Of a DNA stretch of 64,000 nt, positions 25,928 to 38,392 are shown in pieces (the stretch's first letter is position 1; the number at the start of each line of letters is the position of its first letter). The DNA lies in NCBI RefSeq assembly GCF_006345805.1, contig NC_043012.1, forward strand, positions 47,368,001-47,432,000. Reading direction: 5' to 3'. Position numbers and translations under genes: made by a program. Source of the stretch: Octopus sinensis. Lineage: Eukaryota. The notes below the pieces were generated by a model. That model was not told the DNA's origin. It was given only the letters and a program-made list of their open reading frames with translations, and made no database searches.

Positions 25928-26066
25928 TACGTTCAGAGTTAAAATTCCGCTGAGGTCGACTTTACTCTTTCATTCTTTCAGAGTCGATAAATTAAGTAAC
26001 ATCAAGTACTGGGGTCCATAGAATCGACTTAGCCCCTCCCTCAAAATTGCTACCCTTGTGGCAAAA
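25928..26066 (+). mobile_element. SINE family B fragment
   Basis: ttacgttcagagttaaaattccgctgaggtcgacttt...gtactggggtc matches the family B body. Confidence 0.7.
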
Positions 26067-26100
26067 TCTTCTTCTTCTTCTTCTTCTTCTTCTTCTTCTT

Positions 26101-26178
<78 letters not shown>

Positions 26179-26205
26179 TTTACTGTTGTTGTTATAAGTA
26201 TTATT

Positions 26206-26255
<50 letters not shown>
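26067..26255. repeat. Compound microsatellite (TCT)n-(TAT)n-(CAT)n
   Basis: Directly visible. It lies at the 3' end of the adjacent minus-strand LINE. Confidence 0.95.
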
Positions 26256-27320
26256 TCAGTGGTCTTATTTTTATCACGTGCTTTCACTTCACTATCGAGC
26301 GCAGTTCTGTGTGTCTTGGGTATGTACTGTGGATTGTTGTGATGCTCTAATGCCCTAATAGTTACTGTACTGAAAGTGTTTTACGTAGGATGTCTGCGGT
26401 GCCTAGTAGTGCAACTTTCTGTATGTTCTGGTGTTTTTGCTATGTATTTGCCTGAATATTTTTTATCATACCTAATATGCCTACTATGATAGGAATTGTT
26501 TCTGTTTTTAGATTCCACATTCTAGTTGACTCTATTTCCAAGTATTTGTATTTTGAAAGTTTCTCCATTTCTTTTAGAGAAACGTTGCCATCTGATGGTA
26601 TTGATACATCAATTAGAAAGCATGTTTTTCTTCGCGAACTCTGGCAACTATATCTGGCCTATTGGCCTTAATTTCTCTATCTGTGTGTATTGGCAAATCC
26701 CAGAGTATGGTTGCTTTCTTGTTCTCTGTGACCTTTTCCGGTGTGTGCCTATACCATCTTTTTTCTGTTTTTATTCCTTAGTGTTGACATAGCTTCCAGG
26801 TTATGTAAGTTTCAACTCTGTCGTGTCTGTGAATATATTCCTCCAGTACGGGGCAGCCAGAGATAATATGATTTATTGTTTCTTGTCCATCTCCACATAT
26901 TCTGCAGTTACTTGTGTTTCTTTTCATTATAAGTTTTTGGTAATTTCTGGTGGGGAGGCTTTGGTCTTGTATTGCAATTAAAAATCCTTCAATCTCTGCA
27001 TTGAGTCCTGAGCTTCTCAACCATTGCTGGAATTTTTCTCTGTCTATTTTGTTTGCATTTTATTTAGTTTAATATTTGCCATGAAGGGGCTTTTCTTGCA
27101 GTCGTTCTATCATGGTCAGTTGCTGTTCTAGTTTTAGTTTGGATCTCATTTGTTTTATAGCTTTTGTTGTTTCTTCTTCTTCTTCATATTTATTAGGTAG
27201 TATGACTTCTTGTTTGTATTTGTCAGCTTCCTTAAATACTAGGAACATTTTTTATTGCTCGTGTTTTGTGGTTATTTGTATTTGTTTTCCTTGCTTCTGA
27301 GTTAGGTATTTTTGCAGTCT
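26256..27320 (-). mobile_element. R4/Dong-like LINE, 5'-truncated
   Basis: KPLHGKY; RSSGLNAEIEGFLIAIQDQSL..CRICG..ETINHIISGCP (CCHC); ANRPDIV..IDVSIP (restriction-like endonuclease); ALLGTADILRKTLSVQ* with the stop at 26362-26364. Confidence 0.9.
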
Positions 27321-27321
27321 T

Positions 27322-27739
27322 ATGGTGAACAGCGTATACCATCAAAGTAACAGTAGGGTAGAAATGCATAACCACCATAACTGCCTGTGTAATTAGGGTA
27401 CACCAGGCACAAGTCTCACAAACTTATGTGCGTGACATGGTGAACTCATATCAAAATAAACTGCGCATGAATTTTCTGAGAGTCACATACCTCAGCTCGG
27501 TCAAAGGTCCCTGAACAAGGTTTGTTTAAAGATGTTGAGCGAAACACCCATATTTCCAGAGGTGAATCATTAAAACACCAAATAATTCTTGTTGACACAT
27601 GGCCATGATGCACCCCTACTACATCTGTTCCTGATCAAAGATGCACATACAGGTAGCCAAGAGAAAATATGTACGTGGTAACACTTCCCATCAGTTTAGA
27701 TCAGAAGCCATGAGTCAGGGCCTGGTATTGCATCAGTTC

Positions 27740-27740
<1 letters not shown>
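27322..27740. mobile_element. Second copy of the (TTA)n-associated non-coding element
   Basis: Shares agggtacaccaggcac, aaaggtccctgaa, tttccagaggtgaat, gatcagaagccatgag and cctggtantgcatcag with 18476-19026. (TTA)n follows at 27742-27805. Confidence 0.75.
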
Positions 27741-27773
<33 letters not shown>

Positions 27774-27805
27774 GTTATTATTATTATTATTATTATTATT
27801 TTATT

Positions 27806-28260
27806 GTTTTTGCACAGCTTCTAACGCTGGAGATGTTCTAAGGTGTCAGCTGTTCACTACCAGCGCACTAAAGTAACACCCCTCATTTTTCGAGCGGTTC
27901 GAAGCAGTAGTGTTTTCTGCAAGTGCTCCACCCTTATTGCAATCCCTATTTGTTTCATGTACTTCTCAAAATTTTTACTTGATGTTCCCAAGGCTCCGAC
28001 AATTATTATTACTACTAGCATATTTTTCATCAACCACAACTGCTTAACCTCCCAACTACCGACTTTTGTTGTTCCTACGTAGGTGTTAGTGTAAATGGTG
28101 TTTATGTGCTGGAAACAGTGAAATTTGACACTGGGATATCTTGCTGAGAGAGGAACCCAACATTTCTGAGTCGACATGATATTTTCTAATACTAAACGAA
28201 ATTCTTGAAACCAAATTTTCAAGTTCTCTAGCCTGCAGTAAATTCGTCAACTTTCATGAA
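27806..28260 (-). mobile_element. R4/Dong-like LINE, extreme 3' fragment
   Basis: ORF 27857-28222 ends WEVKQLW..VIIIVGALG..EHLQKTLLLRTARKMRGV, typical of an endonuclease C-terminus. The 3' end abuts (TAA)n. Confidence 0.75.
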
Positions 28261-28355
28261 TACTATTAAGTCTGATCGATAAACCTTCCGTTAAGCGCAG
28301 AATCATGTAAGTTATCTTCTTTAGATTGAATATAAACCAATAAATATGACCTTAC

Positions 28356-28535
28356 GATTGGCTGTGTTGTAGGTAGCTTGCTTACCAACAACATGGTTCT
28401 GGGTTCGTTCCCACTGCGTGGCACCTTGAGCAAGTGTCTTCTACTATAGCCTCGGGCCGACCAAAGCTTTGTGAGTGGATTTGGTAGACGGAAACTGAAT
28501 GAAACCCGTCGTATATATATGTGTGTATATATATT

Positions 28536-28581
<46 letters not shown>

Positions 28582-28820
28582 TACATATGTGTGTATATAT
28601 ATATATGTGTATGTATATATGTTTGTGTGTCTGTGTTTGTTCCCCCCAACATCGCTTGACAACCGATGGTGGTGTGTACGTCTCCGTAACTTAGCGGTTG
28701 GGCCAAAGAGACCAATAAAATTAGTACTAGGCTTCCAAAGAATAAGTTCCGGGGACGATTTTCTCGACTAAAAGCGGTGCTCCAGCATGACTACAGTCAA
28801 ATGACTGAAACCAGTAAAAG
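28356..28820 (+). mobile_element. SINE family A
   Basis: Near full-length match to 15531-15948, with an internal microsatellite. Confidence 0.9.
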
Positions 28821-28960
28821 GGCGAATGTGTTAGTTAGACAACTGCATGAGTATGTGGCACGAAAGTAACAGAACTTCGAATTAACTGAAATATGTTCTC
28901 TTCAGTCTCTCTAAATGTCCTCTATTTTACCCTAGATTTCCAAGCGAACATCACCATACC

Positions 28961-29376
28961 GCAGGAGTGGCTGTGTGCTAAGTAGCTTGTTTACCAGTCA
29001 CATGGTTCCGGGTTCAGTCCCACTGCGCGGCACCTTGGGCAAGTGTCTTCTACTATAAACCTCGGGCCGACCAAAGCCTTGTGAGTGGATTTGGTAGACG
29101 GAAACTGAAAGAATCCCGTCGTATATATGTATATATATATATATATTATATATATATATATGCGTGTGTGTGTTTGTGTGTCTGTGTTTGTCCCCCTAGA
29201 ATTGCTTGACAACCGATGCTGGTGTGTTTATGTCCCCGTTACTTAGCGGTTCGGCAAAAGAGACCGATAGAATAAGTACAGGGCTTACAAAAGAATAAGT
29301 CCCAGGGTCGAGTTGCTCGATTAAAGGCGGTGCTCCAGCATGACCGCAGTCATTTGACTGAAACATATAAAAGAGT
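28961..29376 (+). mobile_element. SINE family A
   Basis: Full-length match. Confidence 0.9.
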
Positions 29377-30288
29377 ATACCAAAGAAAAATCAATGTACT
29401 TTATTTCGATCCCTAATTCAGTTGCAGTATTTTAATGATTCCATTTTATTGTTGTCGTCTACATTTTCAGGTTTAAGAAACAAATATTACTATCACTCCT
29501 ACGCCTACATTTATCTTGCAATTCGACTCTCCTAAATGGCAACTCACACCTAACCATAAACCTAAACTTTAACGGTAAACGTAATTCTAACCTTAAATTA
29601 AAGTTCAAACTAAACCTAACCTTGTGTAGGTAACTTCATATCGTCGAATATGGATACGACGTTGAACCACACGCTAACGTAGCATAGTTTCTTTGTTTGT
29701 AATAAGTTAAGAAAAGGGTTTTAGAGTTATGTTAAACTTTAACTGTTAGGGTAACGGTTTAATGTTAGTTTTGGGGTTACTGCTAGGTTTAGGTTTATGA
29801 ATAAGGTGAGTGTTTAATGATATATTTAGGGATAGGATATATGGTAATCGTTTAGAATTAGGGTTAATGTTAAGTTTGGACTGCATGCTAAACTTTAAAT
29901 GGGTGTGTAAAATACACATTTAAATGCAACCTATTTACTTAATATTAAGACGAAGTAAAACTTATTATTTTAATTATTAATTATTTATATTGATTATATT
30001 TTATCAGTTGCGACGAAAAGAAAGGATGGAAATAATTCTTGACATAATCCAGATATATCTGGATTATGGCATTTGAAACTGTCATGCGAGATATAGGTCT
30101 GAGTGACCATAAGTTGATATATTTATGATAAAAATCTAAAAAATACTCTTATTCTCAGATAATGTTGTCAATTTTGCTATATTTCAACGAAGATGGTGAT
30201 GTCTTTGTCTTCTGAACTTGCACTTAAAACTTATGCATTCCAATGTAATATTAGAGTACGGAAATTTTGCACAATTATTTGAATTTTG

Positions 30289-30329
<41 letters not shown>

Positions 30330-30333
<4 letters not shown>

Positions 30334-30532
30334 ATCCAAACAAAAAAACACAAAAAGACACAACAACGCGAGGACGTGGAACAAATATAGTATTATTGGA
30401 CGCTCAGGAAAGAAGGGAAGAAGGAGGGTTTAACGTTTCGAGCGGAGATCTTCGTCGGAAACATAGGAGAAGCAAAGATCCAGAGAAGGGAAGACAGAAG
30501 AAAAAAAATCGCCAACGGTACACACGAGATCA
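30330..30532 (-). mobile_element. Family H2 copy 3
   Basis: (TA)n-flanked. The hammerhead-like motif at 30428-30462 has a stem II mismatch (GATC/GCTC). Confidence 0.85.
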
Positions 30533-31168
30533 TATATATATAATTTCAATCTATTGGAAAATCGGAAATTTTTTCTACATTATATAACGCTACTATACCA
30601 AAGGCCTATACAATGTATATCTGTAGGTGAAACTAGGTTGGAATAAGAACGGGTTGGAATAAGAACCAATCTTATCCGCCAGTCGCATTTAGGTCTTTGA
30701 TTATAATATATTCTATAAATACTATTTATTGTATACAGAGAGATCTATCACTTGAAGATGCATTTATGTTTTTCTCTCATTCATACTTAACTACGTTTTG
30801 GCTTATACCTATATCTCTTATGTTTTTTACTGCATCAATGTTGACAAGGGTTTCTGAAAGGCATTTTCCTTCAGTGCGAATGTTTGTTCCTGTTATGTAA
30901 TGAATGGTTTAGCTCATACGTGCCTATATATACGATTTTATACGAATGTATATAGGTATCTTAATTACAATTTCCTAGCCGTAGATTAATAGCATGCAGC
31001 TAAGCGGTTTCGGCTACTTCTGACTTATAGTAAACACGTATACTCACTAGAAACTAAGGAAGAACATCACCCACGGATACATATATGCATGCATTGATAC
31101 ATACATATATGCATACAAACATACATACATGAATTCATACATGCATACATACATATGTGTGCGTGTGT

Positions 31169-31226
<58 letters not shown>

Positions 31227-31244
31227 GAACACACAAACACACTA

Positions 31245-31275
<31 letters not shown>

Positions 31276-32691
31276 TTAAGGTTAGTACACTTCTGTGTGA
31301 GTGTGGCTGAGTGTGAACTTTCAGTCTGCCTTTATCACTTTAGCACAGCAAATATCATTCCGAAACAAAGCGAATGGGAAAAAATTGGATATCCTGCTCG
31401 ATCTAAAACCAGCTCTATCGATATATCTCAATCTACCCAACACCGATATAATCGAGAGCATTGCCATTACTTACAAGATCAAAAAAACTTATAGATGATT
31501 CTCTCATCTATCTCTCTAGTCTCCCTAACTTTATCTCATTCAATCTTTCACTATCACCCTGGCTCTCACTGACTTTCACTTTCTCTCTGTCTAATTATCT
31601 CCTAACAAATTCCACCGGTTTTATTTCATTCAAATCCCCGATATATCCAGTCTTTTCGTCTTTTCCTTCCTATCTCACACGGCCCCACCTCTGCTTCTCT
31701 CACTGTTTATAATCACTGCTCTCTCTCAGGCTCATGTTCAACATTCCACTATAGCCCATATTCTTATTTATTTTTCAGCATTCAATAAATTATTCCAGTT
31801 TTGTATTTTTTGCTTTTGATTTTAATCTAATTCTCCCCAGCCTCGCCTACTTATATTCCGTTTCCTCCATTTTATCAGATATATACTTTTCCTTTATTTA
31901 TTAAATCATTTATTAATATTTATTGTTTATTTTACTATATTTTATTTTTGTTACTGTGTCTGATTTTCATTGTTCGTTTGTTCTTCGTCTCTCCATCTGC
32001 GTTGATTTTGTTACATTAATTCTGTCTGGATCGATCAGTCTATTCATATTGATGAAAAAAAAATTAAAGAGAGAAAAAAAAACGGAGTTGAAAGAATTAT
32101 CGCAAACGCAAAAGAGTGACATGCTTAAGATAAGAGAGCAGTAAGCAGTACCGCCGAAGCACTGGTGGTGGAGTGATGTTAGAGCAGGATTAGGATTATA
32201 GATATATGGGTAATGATGACGAAACATTGCAGTCGGATAGCGTGCTTAGATCGGGGTGTTGGTATGTTCCATCAAATGGTTGACTGTGTGAAAGGTTTGG
32301 GAAATCGGGAGGGGAATAGGTGTTAGATTTCCATGTTGATAAACCAAATAGCGTAACAGGTTTTTTTAAAAAATTTGCTAAGGATAATGTCACAACTGCT
32401 GTTAGTGTTACTCTACTTCTTTCTGCAGCTGATGTTGGGAACGTTGGAAATAACCTTGATCACAATGAAAGCAATTATGCCAACAACAACGATAACGATG
32501 ATGATGGTCATCATCACCCATGATCTGAATTTCAGTAACGTGACACTTTTAAGGCTTGTACTGGATTGGATTGGATCTCCTAATCTACAAATGTTAAGTT
32601 TCCACGTTAGTGTCATTTATATGTACAACCGATGGCATTCTAGAGTTTTCGTCTATATATATATATATATATACTGACGTATATACTGTAC

Positions 32692-32769
<78 letters not shown>

Positions 32770-32974
32770 GCACAGGCACAGACACATGCGCGCGCTCACA
32801 CACGCATATACATATATCTGTATATATAGGGACAAACGTGGCTGTATGATGAGATTTAGCTGTGTGTGGATTTCGTAGAGGGAAACTGAAAGAAGCCTCT
32901 CTTGTATGTGTGTGTGTGAGTGTGTGTGTGTGTTTATCTGTGTGTTTATATGTGTGTGGATGTATACGAATATA

Positions 32975-33420
32975 TATAGGAGGAGGTGAATAATCTGTCG
33001 ACAAAATTCCGCAGAAATGAAAATAACAATGACATCTGATTTTAACAGATACATTTATCAAAATTACATAAAAATATCTTGAATTATGAAAAAGTAAATT
33101 TATTCAATAATATCGTCATTGGTTTCAACCAAACGTCTTCGGTATCTCCTGCAACTCTTCTAGGTGATCTCATTCTTTCTATTGGTAAATGCTCCCATAA
33201 TCCTTGCCTTTAGTTCATCTTTGGTGCTATATGGAGTTATGTTGGATTCTCGCGCGACTGCGCCCCATACATAATAATCAAGGAGGATGGAGTCTGGGAA
33301 TTGAGGTGGCAAGATGTTAGGTGAGGTGTGGTCGCAGAAACTGTCTAACATCCATGATTGAGTTCTGCTTCTGTGATATGGTGCAGAGTCCTGTTGTCAG
33401 ACATAAGGTCTTCCAGCAGT
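32975..33420 (-). mobile_element. Tc1/mariner-superfamily (maT-like) transposase C-terminal remnant
   Basis: ORF 33160-33351 LPPQFPDSILLDYYVWGAV...TKDELKARIM resembles WPPNSPDLNPLDY.VWG. SCRRYRRRLVE follows, and there is a possible TIR near 32975. Confidence 0.7.
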
Positions 33421-33460
33421 CACCGTGTTGACATATATATGTATATATATATGTGTATAT

Positions 33461-33529
<69 letters not shown>

Positions 33530-33530
33530 G

Positions 33531-33666
33531 TGACTTGTTTCAGTCATTTCTCTGAGGTCATACTGGAGCACCGCCTAAATAGTTTTAGTTGAACACATCA
33601 ACTCTGAAATTTATTTCTTAAACCTAGTACTTATTCTATCAGTCTCTTTTGCCTAACCGCTGTATT
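33531..33666 (-). mobile_element. SINE family A, 3' fragment
   Basis: cttgtttcagtcattt...ctggagcaccgcct...tagtacttattctatc. Confidence 0.7.
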
Positions 33667-33689
33667 ACTGCAACTGTTAAATTCCTGTA

Positions 33690-33790
33690 AATAGTGATGG
33701 TGACGTTATGCCTCCATTCAACTTCCCACACGGCTTCAAAATTAACATGAAGGCTTACATCAAGTGCCTGGATGAGGTAATGCTACTTCA
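33690..33790 (+). mobile_element. maT/Tc1-like transposase internal fragment
   Basis: Translates to SDGDVMPPFNFPHGFKINMKAYIKCLDEVM, resembling the Tc1/mariner catalytic-domain interior. Confidence 0.55.
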
Positions 33791-34451
33791 AATTTCACTG
33801 TTAAAACGACTTATTTCATGTCCCTCGAAGATGCTACAAATCAAAAGATTATTATAACCTAGTTCTGTATTTAAATATTACGATCACCAATAATTTGATA
33901 TTTCGGATGTTTTGGTGTGATGTTTCTGGTGTTTTTTCCCATGTTTTTGTGTTCAAAGTGAATGATATACAAAAATACAACACTCGAAGGTTTTAAAACA
34001 AATTATTCCATTCTTCAACGACAAGTAAAGACTTTTTGTTACGTAAGCAAACTTATTCTTACTTGTGAACTTTTATATTTTTGTGATACGTATTTTGTAT
34101 TTTGTCTCCATCCCTCGGTCACTGGCTTTAATACAAGATACCTAGAACTAAGCTACAATTCTTGTTCTTGTAAGCACAATTTATTTTTATCATCGATATT
34201 TCTCATGTTGCAGATGTATTTTCCATTGGTTGATTATTCACGAGGTGTCAGAATACTTTTCAAAGAATAATTAGTTAGATACGCATATCACTTATTCATT
34301 CATCAGCAGTTCCGAATGGCTGATTTACCCAAGTCTGGCTATAACATGACAGAACATACGTTTTGTAATTACTACCGATACATAACTTTTGGTCTTTCCG
34401 TCTCTTCACACACACCTCCCCCCACACACACATGTACATACATACATAAAC

Positions 34452-34485
<34 letters not shown>

Positions 34486-34513
34486 GTGTACATATATATG
34501 CGTGATCATATAC

Positions 34514-34596
<83 letters not shown>

Positions 34597-35484
34597 TTAT
34601 TATATCTGTGTGTATGTATTTATACATGCACACACATATATTTCTATGTGTTCATGTGCCATTATTTCTGCGCGTGCGTCTGTGTGTGTATCAGTTTGCA
34701 TATTTCGTATTGTGATTTTTCTCCGGATGTACATCATAAAAGTTTATACTATTCACTAGACTAGATAAATCATTCATGCACTGTAGAGCAGAGATTTTGT
34801 TCTCTGCATGTTGGGCAGATGTTTTGTAGGCACAGAACAAAAGCTTTTTGTTGGTCATGAATTAATTATCATAATGTTTCTCTTGTGCTATCATACACAA
34901 TAATATATGTTCTCATCATTATTACTACAGTAAGTTGTCTTGCTCGTTTTTACAGATTCTGATAATTATTTTTTCAGGAAATTTTAAAGCGACGCAATTA
35001 TTACACAGCTGAATAGATTGTATAATGCTCGTCTAATTTCGTTCATTGGATAATATGAACTGCATCCGTCCTTTAACACATTGAGATAAACAACAGGATT
35101 GGGTTTCGGACAAAATGAAGGGTGCCTACATTTTGTAGTCTCACTTGCGTTGCTTCTCGTCTTGCAAGCAACTAGCCCTAACGATGTAGCATACAGTGCT
35201 AGCATTGAAATACAAATAACAGTAACACTGTAGCAGTGATAAATGCTTCTAACGTAACGTTTTATGAATGGTATAAATATGATACACATATTTAGCTGCT
35301 TCACCATGTGTTTCACTGATTAGTTAATATATATTCATTAATATAGAAAAACTTCTTGCTGCAAATGCAGTGTGATCACCATTGTTCTTCTATTGCTGAT
35401 TTTTCATCACCGAATTGCAGTTTGGGTAACAAAATATTGAGATTATTATCGAAATTATACCAACTGAAATTCTCTTTTACACTG

Positions 35485-35661
35485 TTACTCCTTTATTTGC
35501 TTCAGTCATCTGGCTGTGGCCATGCTGGAGGACCGCTTTAGTCGAGCAAATCGACCCCAGGACTTATTCTTTGTAAGCCTAGTACTTATTCTACTAGACG
35601 TAAACACACCAGCATCGGTTGTCAAGCGATATTGGGGAGGGGCAAACAGAGACACACAAAT

Positions 35662-35723
<62 letters not shown>

Positions 35724-35872
35724 GACGGGCTTTCAGTTTGCGTCTACCAAATCCACTCACAAGGATTTGGTCAGCCCGAGGCCATAGTAGAAGACACTTG
35801 CCCAAGGTGCCACGCAGTGGAACTGAACCCGGAACAATTAGGTTCGTGAGCAAGCACCCCTACACCTATAGC
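35485..35872 (-). mobile_element. SINE family A
   Basis: Reverse complement of the family A sequence, with an internal microsatellite. Confidence 0.9.
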
Positions 35873-37029
35873 AACAGCTAACAAAAGAACATTTAGTCAT
35901 CCGTTTATCTCTGAAACTAAATAACTACTAAATGGGGCAGACGCATTTCCCTAACATTATAAGTTACAGTATTCAGAGAGAAGGAAGGACAAATAAAATA
36001 TGTATCGATGAATCAATGATTAAATAAATAAATAAATGAAAAGGAATATCAGTAATTTATGCAAATCCAAAAAGAATAATGTGAAGGATGCATCCCTTCC
36101 TTTCATAATAGTAGCGTTACACCAAAGTTGAATTCGGACTGAATAACTATAGCAGCCATTTATATTTTCCCTGCCAGATAGAAATAGCACCGTTTTCATT
36201 GAACTCATCTTGTTATCTTAAATATACAAAGTATTTCTACATTCAGAACGTAACCCGTATATTGTCTAGAATATAGTTATATCCTAACGCCTCTAATATC
36301 GTATTCCGATGATATTGTCGACGATAGATATAGGATACACTGTAACTGTATTACAACAGTACAATATTGAAACCACGATAGTAAAAGCCACGTAACGGAC
36401 CAACAATCCCTTTACGATCCAACAATCACTATTTCCAACACGATCTGTAAAGTTTACCGGGACTTCGAAGACCAATCTACGAACCGCAAATATTTATATG
36501 TAGTGGTCTTGTCTATTCTCAGCCGAGCGTATCTTACTCTCGCCACAGCAAGGAGCAGTAAATCCGAAATGAATCAGAACTGCAATCCATCTGAACCCTG
36601 CCAGAATGGTCATTGGGCAACAGTTGAAACTTTGCGTGTCAGATGGACGCAATTTTTCAGGCAAATGACAATCTCATGTTGTGCTTGCAATATTTTTGTA
36701 TATGTAGGTATGGAAAAAGAAGCAGCTGCACGTTAAAAAAAACACACAGACACACATATACACGTATCAATATATGTGCGTGTGATAGTGAGAATATGTG
36801 CATACATGTATATATGTATATATGTATGTGTGTATATTTGTGTGTGTGATTCTGTGTGTATGTTTGTGTGTGTGTGTGTATGTGTGTGTGTGTGTGTCTG
36901 TGTGTGTGTGTGCGTATACATAGTGAGCCAGAGAAGACGGACGTTTTTGAATAATTCACAAAATCATAAGTCTCTGATGCAAACAACGATCAATGACATC
37001 AGTGTGTCAGTATTCAATTAGCATTTATC

Positions 37030-37470
37030 AAAATCATCTGTGGGAAACAACATCCATAAAATGATGTCCATTTTTATTGATGCATTTCTGAAGGTGTTCT
37101 TAAAATTTGGCATCCACTCTCACTAGCATTGTTCTGTCTTTGTGGGCGACTTTTATGCGAATAGCTTCCTTCAAATCCAATTTACGGGGCCTATGCGCAT
37201 ACACACGTGCCTGATGTTTCCCCACAAGATATAACATACAAAATGAGGCAGGCATCCAATGCTCCGGGTAAAGTTAACCGAGGGTGTTGTAGCCACATGC
37301 ACGGACATATCTGGCTGTTTGCATGGGCAATAGTCAGTGATAAACTACCTCAATTACGAGTGGACAACAATCCTGTGTATATATATGGTGGCTGCTCCCT
37401 CGTTATCGGGTATGGCCATTGCACGAAGCATAATCAATGTTGTTATCGTGCAATGCCTGTGCAAGAAGAT
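37030..37470 (-). mobile_element. Tc1/mariner-like transposase C-terminal remnant
   Basis: The minus strand gives LWG...VYAHRPRKLDLKEAIRIKVAHKDRTMLVRVDAKF*EHLQKCINKNGHH, resembling Tc1-like C-termini. Frameshifted. Confidence 0.55.
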
Positions 37471-37559
37471 ATTTTTTAAAGTGAGGAAAGGCTGTGCACT
37501 GAGTCAATCCCACTCACTAAGCAGCAACAGCCATAATCCGAAAAGAAGAACAAGTCAAC

Positions 37560-37915
37560 ATCATCGGTAACCACTGAGCCACAGGATTTATGTCGGAGTT
37601 ATCTCAGTTTCCTGAGTTACCTTCTCCTAGAAGGATGCCCTAACAAAGGCTAGGAGTCCTTCACTCCCAATGGTTTAACTTCGCGATCGGGTATTCAGTC
37701 CGATTATTTCTATGTCCCCGGGCATGATACAGCCTTAAGACATTTATTGGATGGCCGCTGACACTCAAGAGTTCCTCCGCCCTTTGACGGGTTTTGTTTT
37801 TCATCCCGCAGGTTGTCCAATAAACACCCTCCTCACCAAGCAAGCTTGGTGGGGTTGCCGGTCTAGTCGCCGACGACCCGACCATGCAACAGGTTGTACT
37901 GGGTTACCAGTAGCA
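37560..37915 (-). mobile_element. Probable RTE-type LINE 5' UTR fragment
   Basis: GC-richer, hairpin-rich segment (caccaagcttgcttggtg; gttgc..gcaac) with ccttctcctaga, resembling RTE 5' ends. No coding part is attached. Confidence 0.35.
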
Positions 37916-37960
37916 ATATATATATTTATATATATATACAGAGTGAGAAAGAGAGAGAGA

Positions 37961-38115
37961 GAGGTAGCTGGGTGGTGAGAAGCTTGCTTCTCAACCACAT
38001 TAGCTTCGGGCCCACCAAAGTCTCGTGAGTGGATTTGGTAGACGGAAACTGAAAGTAGCCCGTCGTACACACACACACACACACACACACTCAAACACAC
38101 AGAGAAACATGTATG

Positions 38116-38180
<65 letters not shown>

Positions 38181-38392
38181 GTACATACATACATACATAT
38201 ATATTTCTGTGGTTGTGTGTTTGCTTGAAACTGAAGTTGGTGTGTTTACGCCCCCGTAACTTAGCGGTTTGGTAAAAGTGACCGCTGGCATAAGTGCTAG
38301 TCTTTCAACGAATAAGTTCTGGGGCGATATCTTCGACTGAAAGGCGGCACTACAACATGGCCGCAGTCAAAGTAGTGAAACAAATAAAAGAA
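37961..38392 (+). mobile_element. SINE family A, degenerate
   Basis: Matches the family A head, body and tail, with deletions. Confidence 0.8.

Noticed and set aside
27720-27735. cctggtattgca resembling the U2 snRNA 3' stem-loop
   Set aside because: Only 12 nt, altered in the other copy (cctggtactgca), with no other U2 sequence.
36503-36736. NCNPSEPCQNG as an EGF-like exon
   Set aside because: It has only two of six cysteines and the rest has no EGF character.
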